A DNA stretch of 61,899 bases, counting the filler. It is 5 parts of 5 records of this genome, joined end to end, with 100 filler letters (N's around TTAATTAATTAA, not from the genome) between each part and the next. Parts side by side here need not be neighbours in the genome. Positions count along the whole stretch, not along the records: positions 1 to 18,552 come from SRR20825019_2442; 4 more parts are not named here. One strand, 5' to 3'. Shown one piece after another: positions 1 to 13,252 of the stretch. The notes under the pieces were generated by a model. It made no database searches, was not told where the DNA came from, and worked only from the letters and a program-made list of their open reading frames with translations. The first letter of the stretch is position 1. The number at the start of each line of letters is the position of its first letter. The position numbers and the translations under genes are program-made.

Positions 1-25
1 GGGGGGGGGGGGGGGGGGGGGGGGG
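1..25. other. Poly-G run at contig start, probable sequencing artefact
   Basis: 25 consecutive G at the contig edge, typical of two-colour Illumina no-signal tails. Confidence 0.6.
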
Positions 26-625
26 TACGTCTGCGGGGCAGCCCGGCGCCCGAGCGCGAGGGCAGCCTGAGCGGCCCGCCCGGCGCCGGCCGGGCGGCCC
101 GGTCGCACCGCCCGGCAAGGAGGACGAGGTCGAACGACAAAATAGACTTGGACTCCAAATCAGACTCGGACTCCAAACCGACGAAACTGAAAACCACCAA
201 ATTGAATTGAGTGAGCAGAGGAGTCATGGCTCCCGGCCGTCCGGTCGTCCGGGTCAGCAGGCCTGCACACTGCTGACTCGCCGTGAGGCTGACTGACGGG
301 TGTCATGGTGATGGCGAACCGTCGCCGTCGAGGAACAACCGCGAGCGCCTCCGGGTGGCGGTGGTGGACTGGATGACTGTGAGCCAGGCCCGAGAGCGGC
401 AGGCCGTGAAGTGTCACGGATTCCGCTTTTGCTCGGCCGGCACCGCCCCGGCCCGGCCGCCGGCCGTGCATGGTCGGCCGTGACCGCCTCGGTCGGGTGA
501 CCCGCCGACCAGGCTGACCGTGTGCTCACTGACTTGACAGTCAGCGGCGACTGGCGAGGGAAACGGGTCGTGTGGTTGCCGTGTCATCCGGCAGCCCACG
601 ATCACCCACTGGTTTACCAGTGACT
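26..625. promoter_or_regulatory. GC-rich, TGAC-rich island upstream of the gene at 797
   Basis: GGCC/CCGG/GCCC-dense tracts with many TGAC/GTCA words (e.g. ctgactgacg, cactgacttgacagtcagc); no credible ORF. Confidence 0.5.
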
Positions 626-796
626 AGCTGCTTAACTCCACCCACACGCTCCTATCACACTTAAACCACGACAGTAGTCCTTATGCGAGTTCAGTAGAGT
701 AAGACAAGTTGTAACATCCATGCCACTTGCCGCCAAACACGATAAGTATTGTTTTGTGACTTGTCTTCGAATGGGTTAGAGAGATAAGGTTGAAAT

Positions 797-1761
797 ATGA
801 AAGCTTTACCAGTAGCGATAGCTTTGGCACTTGCTTTGATATTTTGCTTGAGCACTCCTGTCAATGCTGGAAACTCTGTGCAGAAAACTGGGGCCTTGCT
901 GGTGGACACGGTTTCCGATGTATTGAAATATGTGCAAGGCAGAGTGGATAGGACTAGCCCCATTGAAGATGCAAGCGCTGACTACGCTGAGTCAGACCCA
1001 GTCCGCATTTCGCACACGAAATTCCGTGATATGATGACAGAAGTGGAAAATATGGTATTTCCGGTGAGTCTTGTGAGAGTATGCCCTTTTTATAGTCTTG
1101 GTTGACCTTTAGAGCAGCATTTTCCCCGCGCAATCCTTGTTGAAGCGCATGGAGTGGGTCGCGATACTCAAATTCTACCATTTGTTGCTGACGACTTCGA
1201 CAAATGGAGGTTCATCTTTGCCAACATTTTAGATGGTGAAGACAGTAATGGCATCGCAACTGATGGTACGTATTTCGAAGTACTGTTGGTCGAATTTACT
1301 AACTGCGTGTTCAAGACGAAGATGTATACGGAGGATCGTTCGAACTCACTCGACTTGGGAAACTACCCGGGGAGTACCCCGTGAGGACCATCATTGTAGA
1401 TGTATTGGACGGAGAAGTGCGGCCCATTGTTACGAGCAAACATCCGTGGATGCAGACCGCTTGGGATCCGCTGCCACACTCCTTGGGGTTGGTGGAGGCC
1501 GTTCGACTCCTCTCCAAGCATGGTTTCCCTCTGCCGAGTGATCAGGTCTTCTTCAGAAGGCCGTTATATCCTGGTGTTGAAGAAGCGAGCTTTTATTTTG
1601 ACCTGCAGGATGGTTTGGGCCAGCCACTGTATTACGCTCGTGTCGGGGCGGAGTCAAAGATTGTGGAACGGGTGGACAATATGGAATCACAGGGACAGTA
1701 TATGCACGCTCATTTCATGAACACAGTAGTGAACAAGGACATTGAAAAGGCACATCGCTAG
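797..1761 (+). CDS. Eukaryotic secreted hypothetical protein, about 286 aa, 3 exons (797-1063, 1118-1265, 1316-1761)
   Basis: Signal peptide MKALPVAIALALALIFCLSTPVNA; GT-AG introns 1064-1117 and 1266-1315 join three ORF-track fragments in frame. Confidence 0.75.
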
Positions 1762-1909
1762 CTAGAGAGATACTCTGACTGTCCAGATAGGCCCATTTGG
1801 TTTTGTTTTGCCCTGAATCAGCGTACACTTCGGATATGTGAAATCCTACCAGTAAACGCGCACACTTCTCCTTTGGATTCACCACTTGCAGAACTTTGAG
1901 GGCCAATGG

Positions 1910-4185
1910 TCAGGCAAACCAAGGGGATGAATCTCTGTAGAGCGGTCAATAGAAATGCTTCGTCAGCTCCGAGGAACACTGTACCCACCCTCGTAAACCC
2001 AGTCCCATCCGAATGCTATCTCGTACATAGTCTGCATGTGAGTGATCTTCATGCCAAGGTTGTCCATGGACAGCCTGAACACCCATCAAGTAAGCACAAA
2101 CCACATCACTGCTCTTGTCATCCAATCCACTTACCAGTCAACGGCGTGATCACTAACAAGTCGATCGATCTGCTTTCTCCACGTGCTCTCACTCTTGGAT
2201 CGGCGGACGCACGAACTGAACTCCTTCGCGACGCCCGCCCGGACCTTATATTCAAGGAACCAGAAGCAACGAGCACATGTGACAAACACAGGCAAATATG
2301 CGTCGTGAAGGTCTGATATATGCACCGTGAAGTCACCGGTAGGATATGTGATCATTTTAGCCTCAGCACGGATCTTCTTGTCACACAAAATGTACAGTTC
2401 CGACAAAAGATTGAGATGGTTTTGGGCTATCGTCTGAGCGAGGGTGCTTCCCGATGCCATCATACCCTTCTTAATGTTGAGATATGCTTCGGGATCCCTG
2501 ACCTCATTGTCAGTCAGAGGGCACCAGTTCAGCCGATCTGAGCGTACAACAGCACATTTAGCCAAATGAGACAGTCAGAAGCGAACCCATATATCTGTAC
2601 CTTCGGCAAGAAGGAATATCGACACGGCACCGTCTCGATCAAAGTGAATGTGATCCTCGTACCAAGAGTAATGCACATTCTCCACCTCTTTCACGCACTC
2701 ATCACACCACTCCGGGGTCTTGCCATCTCCCCAGTCCTCTGGCGGATAAGTAGTCAGGGCGTAAAGCTTAGTGTACCGAACATTGTGCAGGCGCAAGCAA
2801 TCGTGGAGTTGCTGTCCCTGAAGGCCAAATGTTTTAAGGTAGCGCTGACTCTTTTTCATCACTGTGAGGCAAACTTCGGGTTTTCGGAGCCGCACCAGCT
2901 GAGTCTCAGACCAGCTGAGCGCCGATCCTACAGTCCACCATTTCACCTTTACCTCAAACACGCGCTCCCTCATTGCCTGCGAAACAATCCTCATTTGATT
3001 CCCCAGTTTCTGTTGATATTACAACTATTTGAGTCGCATGTTAAGGGGCTAGGGTGGGAACTAGTTACCAGGTTGGCGGACTCCATCTTGATGTATAGCC
3101 GCCTCTTGCGCTCATTGTTCATCCGGGCCTCTTCCCCAGCCTCGTCCTCGAAGGACCCATCCTCGAGATCCTCTAACTCAGGCGCGACGAATTTCTAAGG
3201 CAATACGGAACAAGAAAAACCAAGTAAATTACGGTATAGAGCGCACTCCTGTGTTTGCCAAAAACTCACGCTGAACTTCTTTTCTGCGATTTGCTGAATC
3301 GCCAATGCATTAAGAACCTAGAAACGGAAAGGCCGAGTTAGAAGGATTTTAGGGAGCAGCTCCTTGGGGTTACTCACTGATTTGCTGACTTTTTTCATCG
3401 ACTTCTTCCTCCTCTCTACAAGGCTCTCGACTGTCTCAGAGAGCATCGCACTTGTTTTGTCCACTCGAGGATCATGGAAAGGAGACACCCCATTGGGAAG
3501 GGGCCCGGTCGCCTTCTTCCGCAGACGCCTGTTCTAGGCATCAATTGCAACCAAAGCATGCATCGCTAAACCCCTTACTCTGCCATTCTCGTGGCTCTAA
3601 TAAGAGCGGATGAGACCGAAGCCATGTCATATTTCTCCGTGGTCCCATCTGCGCGGGAGGGAGGTAGCCCGGAGAGGACGGCGCTCAACTTGCCACTCTC
3701 CTGCTTTCCAGCCGACCCTGTCGAGATGGCCGCAGATTTCAACTCGGTGGGATCCACGTACTCTTCCGCTCCTTCTTCTTCTTCGGCCTGTTCTGCCTCT
3801 TTGATATTGGTTGAATCCCCTTCTTCTACTTGGCCTTTCGCCTCATCATTGGCCGATTTCTCTTCCTCTGAAATCTTGTGCAATGCATCACGGACCTCTA
3901 CACATGAAGTCAGATATCTCAAACTCTCAGAAAAAAAAGCGCCTCACGTTTCAAGAATATCTGCTCTTCTGATAAGTTGTCCTCCTCTTCCGCCCCGGCC
4001 GCTTTCGAAGGGGAAGGACCAGAAATGAGACCTTCTTTAAACTTTACCGAAGGTTTATCTCGATTGAATTCTGGAGGTGTACGGTACGGGTCTGGGAGGT
4101 CACCATCCTCAAGGACCGATACGAGCTCATGGGGATGCTGCTTGGACCTGCTTCGGTCAAAGGGGTGAGGCTTGATCTCGTCCAT
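1910..4185 (-). CDS. Multi-exon eukaryotic hypothetical protein with acidic low-complexity N-terminal half; ends approximate
   Basis: Collinear minus-strand ORFs 3919-4185, 3575-3922, 2575-2994 and 2131-2565 separated by short GT-AG intron-like segments; family not recognised. Confidence 0.55.
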
Positions 4186-4289
4186 ACTGGAAGAGGACAG
4201 GAGTGGCGTGTAGATAGTCTTGTAGGGACTGTACTAAATAACCAGATCGCATGCCCCCTTTGACGAAGGAGCTCGCATGCGCGCTCAGG

Positions 4290-4620
4290 TCAGGTTGTGA
4301 GAAAGACAGTCCGCACGTGGGCGCGACCGGAGCCGATGAAGGACCGGCACCACCGGCCGAACCGGACCGGCGGCAGTCACCGCCGGCGCGGCGCGCCACG
4401 ACAGGGCCAGTGAGTAACAGTGGATGGAATTCCGGGCTGGGTCTCGCCCGCCGGCCGGGCCCCGCCCGGGCGGGGCCGGGCGCGGCACTGGCCCTGACAG
4501 AGCTTGTGCCCGGCGGGCCCGGGCCCGGGCGGGCCGGGCGGCGGGCGCCGCGGGCCGGCGGGAGGCCGGCGCGGAACGGAATGAGACCCGGCGGCACTCG
4601 GCGAGGTGGTGCACGAAATC
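4290..4620. promoter_or_regulatory. GC-rich island upstream of the minus-strand gene starting near 4185
   Basis: Near-pure G/C tracts (gggcccgggcccgggcgggccgggcggcggg) with cagtcac/cagtgag words, between the INTS1 stop and the next start. Confidence 0.5.
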
Positions 4621-4721
4621 AACGGATAGAAACTTGCACACTAATTGCAAAGCACCTAAACGGAATTCATATTTCCGACACATTACTTTTACCAGCACCC
4701 GATTGGCACCGGGCACGCTGG

Positions 4722-7700
4722 CTACACCTGAGCCATTGCGACCTTCTTCAAGAGGGGCCCAATATAATCCCGTGCCCTTGCGCCAACCCTGAACACACCG
4801 GACAGATACTTCTCCTGCTCACTCCACGAACTGGCACAGAAGAGCATCTCACCCGCATTCTCCAGTGCAGTCGCTGTCACATCCTCATCATGAGATGACA
4901 GGCAACGCAAGTACTTCTCCAGGATATCTTTCGAGGGAGCTGAGTTGTACTTCAACAATGATAACCCTACTGAGTATGCCAGCTTGCGAACACCGCTGTC
5001 GTGACACTGAATCCAGCCAAAAATAAGATCACGGTAAGGCGAGACGTCACAAGGCCGCTTTTGAAGGAGGGTTTCAAGTCCTTTCAAAGCCTCAATCACC
5101 TCAGGATACGCAGTCAAAGCGCATGGGTTCTGGTGTAGTTCCGCAATGCGAATATTCGCAGCATCTATCGCACATGACGTAGTGGTCCCAGCAGGACTTT
5201 TGAAAGGCTCGCTATGTGCTTTTGCGATCGGAGAAGTGTCAAAAAGACCCGAAGGGCAGTTCTCCTTAGGGATGCATTCCGGGTATAATCGTGAGATCCG
5301 CTGGATTTGCTCCACATACCCACCGACAAGAGTGTGGTATGTGCTGTAGAATCTAGCGGCCACCTGAAGTAACAAGACAACGAAATGTTGAAGCCTAGGC
5401 TCAGCTCGTTCAGGAAGCCACTGCAGCCAAGACAAGACTTCCACAACGAGATTGCGAGCAGTTGGGAACATTGTCGCACAGTGAAGGTCTAGATTCATGA
5501 GCAAAATAAGGGCAACACGACAAACCCTGTCACTACCGCGCTTGAAAAACTCTTCAACAGTAACATGCGCTAGCCTACCATGCACAGCAGCTAGAACGGA
5601 ATCCAAACTCCGCGCCACCAGCAACGGGTGCGCGGAAGCAATGTTACAGCAGGAGACTGTTGGCTCGTGGCCTTGGATTGATGCGATCAGGAGACGGTGC
5701 ACAGCATTATCGATTCGTGTCGTCTGCTGAACAGGAATACCGATGCTGCCTGATAGCGTAGTAGTGCAGTGAGTGAGGCCGCCATCAATGAACGGTTTGA
5801 GCTTGGATGTACAGGACATATACATGCGCGCCGCCCACTCCAGTCCCACTTTTCTTCTGCTCTCTGCAATCATCCCTGCGGTCCCATCATCCTGCCCTTG
5901 AATGCCGGCCATTGGACCGGATGACCAAATCATATCAGTCATCGCAGACATCAACAAGGCGCTATTTTCTTCCGAAAGACTCGCGAAGTTCAAAAGAGCT
6001 TGTTGTCGAGCAGATACCTGTCGAAGTGGCATGCATCCTCTACTTAACCCGCCTTCGAGTGCTAGGAAGATGGCAAAGCGCCGAATGGCGCCGCAGCCGA
6101 ACATCTCGCGCAGGTGGTTGATCTTTACATCATTTCCAACTTCATTATAGGAGCTCCCTCTTGTGAATACAAGATTTCCCACAAGAAATGGGACCACAGT
6201 GGAGACGATAAACCTCCGTGCAGCGTCCGTAGGCCCCAGAAGTACCTTGATAGCCGAGTCTCTAGAAGTTTTGTTGGCACCTCGCTGATACAGATCTAGC
6301 AGGCCAACTGTGATGTCGCTTGAGCGCTCCTGGCCAAAGACAAGCGGAACAAGGGGCACCGTGCTGAAAGGACCCATCATCAATTCAATCATGTCCATCC
6401 AAAGACCTTCCTCGAATCGGGTCACATCAGAAAGCAGAGATACGAATTGACATGATACAGCAACACTATCCGTGGTGACTTTCGAGATATCATGGGCACT
6501 AATTGCCTTGCGCACCATGGCCGCGACATGCCTTTCAATATGAGGCGACCGCGTGGCCACCAGTCGCAGCACGGCGTTTGTGATAGACTGGCAGTCGTTC
6601 GTCGACTCCTGTCGCATCATGAGAGACATTACCTTTCGGTTACCCATGAACGACCCGTAGCCGGATTGCTGAATACTTCCAACTTCAGCATTTCCTGGAG
6701 GAATCGTGCCATCAGAATCTGCGAAGCTGCGAGAGAGTTGATTTCTCATCGAAACCAGAGATTGCGACAATACTTCCTTGTTTTGGTTCATGTATGCAGC
6801 GCCCTCTTCAATGAGCACATCCATCACTGCCAACAAGATTTCTCCCTCACCACGGGTACTTTCCATCAGGGTAATGTACGTGTGCATGTCTGAAAGCATT
6901 GAAATGGAGTACTGGCTTAGCCTGTATACACCATCCAATACATCGCGCACGGCGTCATCGAGAATTCCGTCGTCCCCCTCCACGCTCGCCGCACCTACAG
7001 CCATAGCAAACGCACGCAAGACCCGAATGCGCATATCACTGGAACCCCCTGCGCCAAACTCGGAACGAATGATCTTGCGCACTACCGAAAGACATTCATT
7101 CACCCCTCCAGCATCCCATATTTCACCAAGGACAGGATCGCGGCGCATCAGGATAGCCCTGTTCATGTTCTTACGGCCACCGAACACAAGGCACACCAGA
7201 TATGCTAGTTGCATCTCAGTGAAGGTCTTGGTATATACTCGGGGTGCAACCGCTCCATTGGGAACGCATTCACCGTCTTGCGACCATTCGTGCCGGGGAC
7301 GAAGTAGGGGCCTGACTTTCCGTGTGATTTGTGAAGGCGAGAAGATTGCATCAATAGATTCAGTTATTGCCAATGAGACCTTTCCAACTCGGTTCGCTAG
7401 ATTCTTCCTCACCCGGTCCAAAACACGGCCAGGTATGTTCGCCGCCTGAATTTCAGTCTTGATTGTGTGGGCGTTGGAAGGAATATGTTGGAGAATAGCA
7501 CTCATGGATTGGGAGGACAGCCCAAACCGAGCAAGACAAGTAACAAGGCTCGGTATGCTTAACAGAGGCGCGGCAATCTTAGCGCAAAACTCATCGTCGG
7601 TTTTGAAGAGTGAAAGTGCTTCACTTTCAGAAAATATCGGCAGTGTCTTTCCGTCCACTGTGGAGACCTTGACTATATCTTTTGACGATGCAAATCGGTT

Positions 7701-10700
7701 GGCAATTTCCTTCCACAGATTTCGCGTACCAAGCGTTGAGCCCGGTCCAAATAAGAAAATACGAAGGCATATGCTCGGCATCATCTCCGGAACGGATACT
7801 GATATGTTTGAAGAAAACGTTATGACAGTCTTATGTTCGGGCGATTGAGCGCTCAGAGCCTTGTTTACAATGCCCAGAAGCAGTTCATAATTAACGTTGT
7901 TAGAGAAAACCATGGAAGTTGATAGACGCGACATAGAATTGACGAATTCAAGAACATATTCCCCAATCGTTTTCGCTAATGCCTCGACGGATATAAGTTC
8001 TCGGAAGGCATTGAAGTATGATCTTAAGGTGTGCGCATCTGATTCAAAAGCGAGCCCTAGGCCAATTCCATCAACGAATGCAGCGTCGTGACCAACCAAA
8101 ACACTTGATGGAAGCCCGCCACGAAACCTCATATAGAGCTCCGCCCACTCACGCCGTGGGCCGATGCGCTGCCCATATCTAAAAACCTCTGCCAAACAAG
8201 TCTTCGAAGTTGTAATTATGGCGGAGTTGGCATTGTGCAATCCAGGGAGAAAGCGCTCCAAAATATGCAATGAATCCCTGCCATCCTTGAGACGATTCGG
8301 TAGAGCTTTCACTACGAGCTCTCGGACAGATGCATCAATCTCTCCGGTGAAAACAACTTGAAGAGCAGTACAGAAATCCTCGGATGAGAGCACATGAACA
8401 GTTTCAGGATCCTTGGTGAGCAATGGTACAACCCAATCCGTCTTGTCCTTTCCTCCTTCAGCGTTGTTTGTCGCCAGTGAAACTACGTCAAGATCACGGC
8501 GTCGACGAAGCCGCCCGCTCAAATTTAGCTCAGCGTCGATGCGTTGTAGATCTTGCATTATCCAGGACGGGGGACGCGGTGATGGCCGATCGCTGTCATG
8601 GCGCCACTGCAACATAAGTTTTCCCAAGTACTTGGAATTGTATGTTTCTATATTGTCGGAAAGGCCTTGCGCCCTGCACACATCTCTTTCGTATTCGAGA
8701 ATGACCTTCTGTTCGAGCTGAATTGCGGCTAGATCTGAGCTATCGTCTCGATTAGAAAGGGGGCCGAATTCCGACGTGACCAATGCGCTAAGTAACGCCT
8801 TGCACACGTCGTCAGTATCATGCAAAGCCTTGCCAAACGAGGAGGATATGGATATTAGCACTGTGATAACCTTGTATACGCGCCAAAACACGGCAACATC
8901 TGCCAGCGGGCATGTAGGCTCGGGGCATCCGGGGGGTATTTCGATGTTTGCAAGCTGCAACAAATCCGTTGCAAGATTGGCAGGAGGAGAAATCAAAGGG
9001 TCTGGGACGCTTGCGGCAGCAGCTTTCACACAAACTAACGCATCAATGAAGTCTAGCGCTTGGGAATTCTCCCGGCTAATTCGCACCAACCCGGCCAGTG
9101 TCTCCCCATGCACCGGCACTGGCCCGCTGACAGCTTTGTACTCCAGCACTGACGATTCAGGGATGATGTCCTGAATATGCGGAGTCCTCACGGGCACGGC
9201 GCCTTCGCGCAACACTTCGTATGCCTGAGGGGGTTCTAAAAACAACAGGAGACTCAGATACTGCATCGCTTCGTGGCCACGGCCTTCACTCCACAGCACG
9301 GCATCCCTTTGAACGCAAGCCACGACGCCCGAAATTTCCCGTGCGACATCGACAGGGGTTACTGTGCGGCTGTGGACGGGCCCTGATAGACGCGTCCGGT
9401 GTTTCTGCGCCGCCGTCAATAAGATGGCACAAACCACGTGCACAAGCATTGCCACGCGAGCCCCAATCCATTCACGCCGTGTACACTCGTCCAAAAGCCG
9501 TGTGCAGAGCTCCTCAAAAACGATCTCGAAGCCAAAGGCGCGAATTAGCCTCCTTATCATTAGCGGAATCATGGGATCCGCCCCGTCCAATGTACCCTTC
9601 GATGCGTCGTGAATCACCCCCATCACCGCCTCCGCGATGGCGCCCTCTCGGGTGTGCTCCTGCTTTTCCGTGCTACTGATGCTTACTGGCGCAACTAAGC
9701 GGCATATGACGGACATGGTTTTCATGAGAGAAACCGGTTTGTGTGAATTTAGCTCCTGCAGCATCAGCTCTCGCAGAGTCACCGACACATAAGATTGGTG
9801 CTGCCGAGACAACGACACAACTAGATCATTCAGGTAGGACCGGTCCAGTTGACGCAACTGGAGCCGGGACACGCCCATGACAATCGCTAAATCCTCCCGG
9901 GATTCACTCCGGCAGCTCCCGCACACTACACCCAGCAAGTCCTTTGCCGCCCTCACAGTGACACCCTGACCGAACCAAGCAGGGATCAGAGCCAGTGCCA
10001 CCTCACGAGCTCGAGGTAACACCGGAGACAAGAGCGACAACAGGCGAATCGTCCCCTTCGGGTGCTCCTTAGAGTTCCCAGGCGCGGCCTCAACCAAAGC
10101 AAGGGCCATTTCCCTTGCATCAGCGTGCATTTTCCCGGAATAGCAGCCCAAGCCATCGAACCCCAACATGCCCATCACAACCTTTGACAGTTCTCCCGTC
10201 GCGCCACTCCCCTCAAGGGTCCCATCCGCCATCCAGGCTTGGTCCCGTCCGATGTCTGACAAACCAGCGCTCACGAGCTCCCGCACCGGCCATCCGATCC
10301 AATCGGGCCCGGTAGAGTCGTGAATTTTCAAGAGAAGTTCTGCAGCAGCAGCCTGCAAGGCCTTCATCCCCGGCGAGGGCGCAAGCGTAGGGGAGCGCTT
10401 ACTGTCTTGTCCCTTGCCAGGTGACAAGCCGTGGCCGGAAGTCCCTGTTGACGTTTCTTGCTGAACGGGCTCCAGCACACCCATTAGCAACTCTGAAGCC
10501 CCTGCGTCCCTCAGCGCCCGATGATACCCCCGCTCGCCCATGAGTCTCAGCGCACGGCACTCCACACACCCAGCCATCTCTTTGCTCCGCCTCGCCACGG
10601 ATAAGCACCTTGCGACCTCACGGATCAGTGCCTGCCGGTCGGACCGTTCGGCCGCGTCCTTCATCGCAAAGTAGCACTCGCTCATTTCCACAGTGCCCGC

Positions 10701-11049
10701 AGGCTTTGCAGCTTGTCGTGGCACACTCACATTTGGACTGCTGGTGTGGCTTGGACCTGTGACTCGGCTGCAACGCCTGAAGGGTTCTTTGTGATTAGTC
10801 CAAGTTGAACATTGGCTTCTCAACATAAGGAAATCTCACTTTGGTGTGCCTTGAGTGGGGGTTGCCTTGCCTTCCAACGTGCGCGAGCTCCGTTTCGACC
10901 CTAGCAATGAATCTTAACATTTGATGGAAAAAAAAAAACCCTCAGTGAAGTCACTCACCCACAGCTACTAGCTCCTCACTGGGGTCATCAACGGTGTTGG
11001 CGTTGGGCGGGGAGGCTCTCCGCCCCATGGGGGCCTTGCCCTTTTCCAT
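4722..11049 (-). CDS. INTS1: Integrator complex subunit 1, about 2050 aa; three short 5' exons then one exon of about 5.9 kb
   Basis: 2034-aa helical ORF. Segments RIDNAVHRLL...CCNIASAHPLLVARSLDSVLAAVHGRLAHVTVEEF and YLRCLSSHDEDVTATALENAGE resemble the INTS1 C-terminus as I recall it. Predicted introns 10913-10958, 10777-10839 and 10659-10730 extend the start to the ATG at 11049. Confidence 0.8.
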
Positions 11050-11099
11050 CGCCCAACACAGCGATGCACTACAGCATTCCTCGAACCGCCATTCTTATG

Positions 11100-11900
11100 G
11101 TTGCGGGCGCGGCGGCACGGGGCCGCCCGCGGCAGTCCGGCGGCCGTGACGGGGCGCGGCGCGCCGGGAGCTCAGGCCTGACGACGGGACGGCTGCCAGT
11201 GCCCGGCAAGAGTAACGGTAACGGCCGGCGCCGGGGACTGGAGCGGACGGCGGCGTGGCCCAGGCCCTGGGCGGCCCGGCCCCCGGGCCGGGCGCGCCAC
11301 GCATGGGCCGCCGGCTGACCGGCCGCCGGGGTGCCGCCCGGCCCGGCGCCGGGCGGTGGCGGCCGGAGGCCGGGCGGTCCATGCCCCCGGCGGCGGCAGT
11401 CCGCCCTGTGACTGATGGTGGGGAGGAGGGGTGTGTGCGGGACCGTGACCGCCGGCGCCCCGGCGCGGGGTGGCGGCCCGGCCGGCGCGCCCGCGTTGCG
11501 GCACGCCCGGCCCGGCCGGCCCGGGCCCGGCGATCACGGTCAGTGGGCGGCGGGCCGGCTCGGCCCGGCCGCGCCCGGCCGGGCGCCCGGCAGCGGGCGG
11601 GCGCCCGGCCGCGCCCCGGGTTTTACCGCGGCGCGTCACCAATATGGAACATGTATCGGAAATGTAGACTACGAGTACCGGTCCGAAAGTGGGTGGTCAG
11701 AATTCACTGAGCGGGCCGGTGCGGCCGGGGGCCCACTGGACCGTGCCCCCCTGAGGCCCATCGGCACACCGTGAGTGCGCCCATCGTGACACCGTGGCTG
11801 GGCACAGCCTCACGCCCGTCATCAGTGAGTGGCGACCACGCGGGTGGCCGGCAGGTGGCGGGGCTCGGGCCCCGGCTGACCCGACTGCGGCAAGCGCAGC
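11100..11900. promoter_or_regulatory. GC-rich island in the divergent INTS1/MEMO1 intergenic region
   Basis: About 800 bp of GGCC/CCGG/GCGC-rich sequence with GTGAC/CAGT words; only Arg/Gly/Pro/Ala shadow ORFs. Confidence 0.55.
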
Positions 11901-12071
11901 CACTGGGGTTGGAGCTCTTGTCCAGAGCCTTCTTTGGGACTACAAACGTTTGGACTATAACATTATCGCGGACGACGAAGTGCAGTCGTGTCACTAAAGT
12001 ATTGAGTCTCACCAGGGCGGAGACAACAAACCATTGGTGGCCTCAGCAGTCGAAACTCCCAGAATATAAAC

Positions 12072-13144
12072 ATGGCACCCCGCGCAGCCAGTCATGCAGG
12101 CTCTTGGTATTCCAACAGTGGTGGCCGCCTCAGCAAGGAGCTAGAGGGGTGGCTAGGACAGGCAAAGGTGGAGCCGATGCCCACAGCCCGAGCAGTCATT
12201 GCCCCGCACGCCGGATACAGCTTCTCGGGGCCGACTGCTGCATGGGCCTACGGATGCGTGGATCCCTCTACCATGTGGGTGCTAGCGGACGGCAATCGAG
12301 AACGTTCTAACGTTGCCTTGACAGAAAGCGTGTGTTTGTTCTTGGGCCCTCGCACCATGTATACCTTGACGGATGTGCATTGACTCGGTGTGAGACATAT
12401 AAGACGCCCATCGGAGACTTGGTCATTGATCGAGATGGTAATGTTGAAGCGAAGTTAATGCAAGGATACTGACCCCATGGAAAGTGACCAATGAGCTCAG
12501 CCAAAAAGGTGACTTCCAGTGGATGAGCCAAGAAACTGACGAAGACGAGCACTCAATCGAAATGCATCTTCCGTACATCGCAAAGGTTTTTGCGGGGTAC
12601 GTAAGAGTGTTTCGAATCCTAAGCCTGTGACTGACACGAGGTAGGCGAAACTTCACTGTAGTTCCAATTCTGGTTGGCAGCATCAGCACCACGAGAGAGA
12701 AGGAATATGGAGAGCTACTGGCACCGTATTTGGCCGATCCGTCTAACTTCTTTGTCATATCCTCCGACTTTTGCCATTGGGGAAGCCGCTTCCAGTATAC
12801 CTTCTATGACAAGTCTTGCGGTGAAATCTGGCAGTCCATTGAAAAGTTGGACCACGGTAGGCATCTACCTCTTAAATAGAATCTCGTCTTAACTACAGTC
12901 TACAGCCGGCATGAGCCTTATTGAATCCCTTGATACCCAAGGATTTGCAAAGTATCTAAAAGACTACAAGAACACCATATGCGGAAGACACCCGATCGGG
13001 GTGCTTCTCAACTCCATAGATACCCTTGGGGGAGCAAGAAAGGGATACAATATTCAGTTCAAGGCATATGCCCAGTCCAGTCAGGTCGTGGCCAAGAACG
13101 ACAGCTCTGTGAGTTATGCGTCTGCTGTTGTTACACTCACATAG
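12072..13144 (+). CDS. MEMO1: MEMO1 family protein, 5 exons
   Basis: Motifs [63 protein letters not shown] and DSSVSYAS join across four short GT-AG introns. Confidence 0.95.
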
Positions 13145-13252
13145 CTTCTGCCAAAATAAACAATTTTCCACCCTTTCCCCAACCCAAGATATCTGGTTAA
13201 GAAAAACAATCCACACAAGCACGTATGATTACAAAGCATTCAATCCGTATGC

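Noticed and set aside
1-25. Poly-G as a telomere or G-quadruplex element
   Set aside because: Pure homopolymer at a contig edge with no telomeric repeat unit; more likely a sequencing artefact.
1715-1906. Overlap of convergent stop codons at the CTAG palindrome near 1758-1764
   Set aside because: The simplest splice model ends the minus-strand gene near 1910 (WDWVYEEIHPLWFA-stop), so the overlap is unsupported.
11064-12012. Many overlapping Arg/Gly/Pro/Ala-rich ORFs in GC islands (also 4157-4898, 17085-17910, 52023-52838, 53910-54519)
   Set aside because: Frames are open on both strands because stop codons are rare at this GC level; no domain motifs and composition unlike the real exons.
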